Source: an uncultured Acidimicrobiales bacterium
GTDB taxonomy: Bacteria; Actinomycetota; Acidimicrobiia; Acidimicrobiales; JANYDT01
Assembly (NCBI GenBank): GCA_963763885.1
Contig: CAVXQD010000007.1
Location: forward strand, 559,919-623,918
Length of the DNA stretch: 64,000 nt
Direction: 5' to 3'
Shown here one piece after another: positions 63,290 through 64,000 of the stretch (its first letter is position 1; each line of letters begins with the position of its first letter). A program made the position numbers and the translations under genes. The notes beneath the pieces were generated by a model, which saw only the letters and a list, made by a program, of their open reading frames with translations, ran no database searches and was not told the origin of the DNA.

Positions 63290-64000
63290 ATGACGACCGT
63301 AACCCGTGCTCGATTGAGCGTGAGGGCCAAGGAGATCACCGCAGCCGAGCTAGAGCGCTACACAGCGCTTACGCCAGGCTCCCAACGGGCCAATGCTCAT
63401 GCCCGCCAGGTCATCCCACTCGGGGTGCCCTCCAGTTTTCAGGCTTACGATCCGTGGCCTGTAGTCGCCGCCAGAGGCGCTGGCGCAACCTTGTGGGATG
63501 TCGACGGCAATGACTACGTTGACTTCAACATGGGCTTCGGCGCTCTGTATGTCGGCCATCACCACCCGCTGCTCACCGCAGCACTGCACCGCCAGATTGA
63601 GAACGGCATCCTGTTCGTCACACCATGTGAGAGCAATGCGTCCGTCGGAGAGCTGTTGCGCGGCCGTTTCGGACATGACCAGTGGCGATTCACCAACTCC
63701 GGCACCGAGGCCACGATGGATGCAATCCGTCTTGCCCGCGGGTTCACCGGCCGTACCAAAATCGTGAAGGTTGAGGGCGGCTATCACGGCCACCACGACT
63801 CCATCATGGTGTCGCAGAAGCCCTCCCTCGATAAGGCTGGCCCAGCCGAAGCGCCGTACTCCGTTGCATCCAGCGCCGGGCTTGCCGCAGGCACCGTTGA
63901 ACAGGTCCTGGTTGTTCAATACAACGATCCCGACGCGTTGCGTACGGCTTTGTCGAACTACGACATCGCAGCGTTCATTGTGGAACCGGTGATGGAGAAC
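63290..64000 (+). CDS. class III aminotransferase (glutamate-1-semialdehyde aminomutase-like), 5' part; runs off the right edge
   Basis: Not in the ORF track because no stop lies inside the window. From ATG 63290: MTTVTRARLSVRAKEITAAELERY...GATLWDVDGNDYVDFNMGFGALYVGHHHP...FTNSGTEATMDAIRLARGFTGR...EGGYHGHHD...FIVEPVMEN. Confidence 0.75.
   Translation, partial: MTTVTRARLSVRAKEITAAELERYTALTPGSQRANAHARQVIPLGVPSSFQAYDPWPVVAARGAGATLWDVDGNDYVDFNMGFGALYVGHHHPLLTAALHRQIENGILFVTPCESNASVGELLRGRFGHDQWRFTNSGTEATMDAIRLARGFTGRTKIVKVEGGYHGHHDSIMVSQKPSLDKAGPAEAPYSVASSAGLAAGTVEQVLVVQYNDPDALRTALSNYDIAAFIVEPVMEN

Overview
High-GC, gene-dense chromosomal segment with about 55 protein genes on both strands. It looks actinobacterial: F420/LLM-type oxidoreductases, a DUF222-HNH '13E12-like' gene behind a Cheo-type SOS box, a DUF559/AbiEi protein, an Rpf/SLT-like secreted protein, and a fused trpE(G) with a WWW leader peptide. 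Most content is housekeeping or accessory metabolism: a Ski2-like DExH helicase, class I fumarase, icd, gnd, fused anthranilate synthase, cobS/cobC, cysQ, idi, coaA, a Baeyer-Villiger monooxygenase, several SDR/LLM/methyltransferase genes, a PAS-GGDEF protein and an orphan Flp pilin. There is also a tightly coupled 5-gene carotenoid-modification operon (SDR, crtA-like, cruF-like, GT2, crtI/D family). The ORF track does not explain the following. (1) Two genes carry an in-frame TGA exactly at the redox-active Cys of a thiol oxidoreductase: an ArsC/Spx-family gene (TGA 33040..33042) and a ResA/TlpA-like gene with W-A-x-x-U-G-C (TGA 49781..49779, minus strand). Each TGA is followed 20-23 nt later by a hairpin with a CGUGN apical loop, so both are candidate selenoproteins with SECIS elements. 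(2) Two dispersed GC-rich repeat families are present. One is a 63-bp unit: a 6.3x tandem array at 524..919, an in-frame copy inside the helicase gene, and a copy upstream of the acyl-CoA synthetase. The other is a ~110-bp foldback unit, found solo at 413..522 and as inverted termini around the DUF222-HNH gene. (3) A DUF559/AbiEi gene is bracketed by 78-bp inverted repeats. (4) A trp leader peptide MNVLTWWWRP with alternative hairpins lies upstream of trpE(G). (5) A frameshift-riddled heme uptake/degradation gene pair keeps an intact palindromic operator. There are also unusual fusions (ASCH-PrmA, FAS1-OmpA) and several short tandem repeats. All functional calls come from motif recognition by eye on the supplied translations and my own translations. 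No database search, folding or statistics could be run, and start codons are often uncertain.
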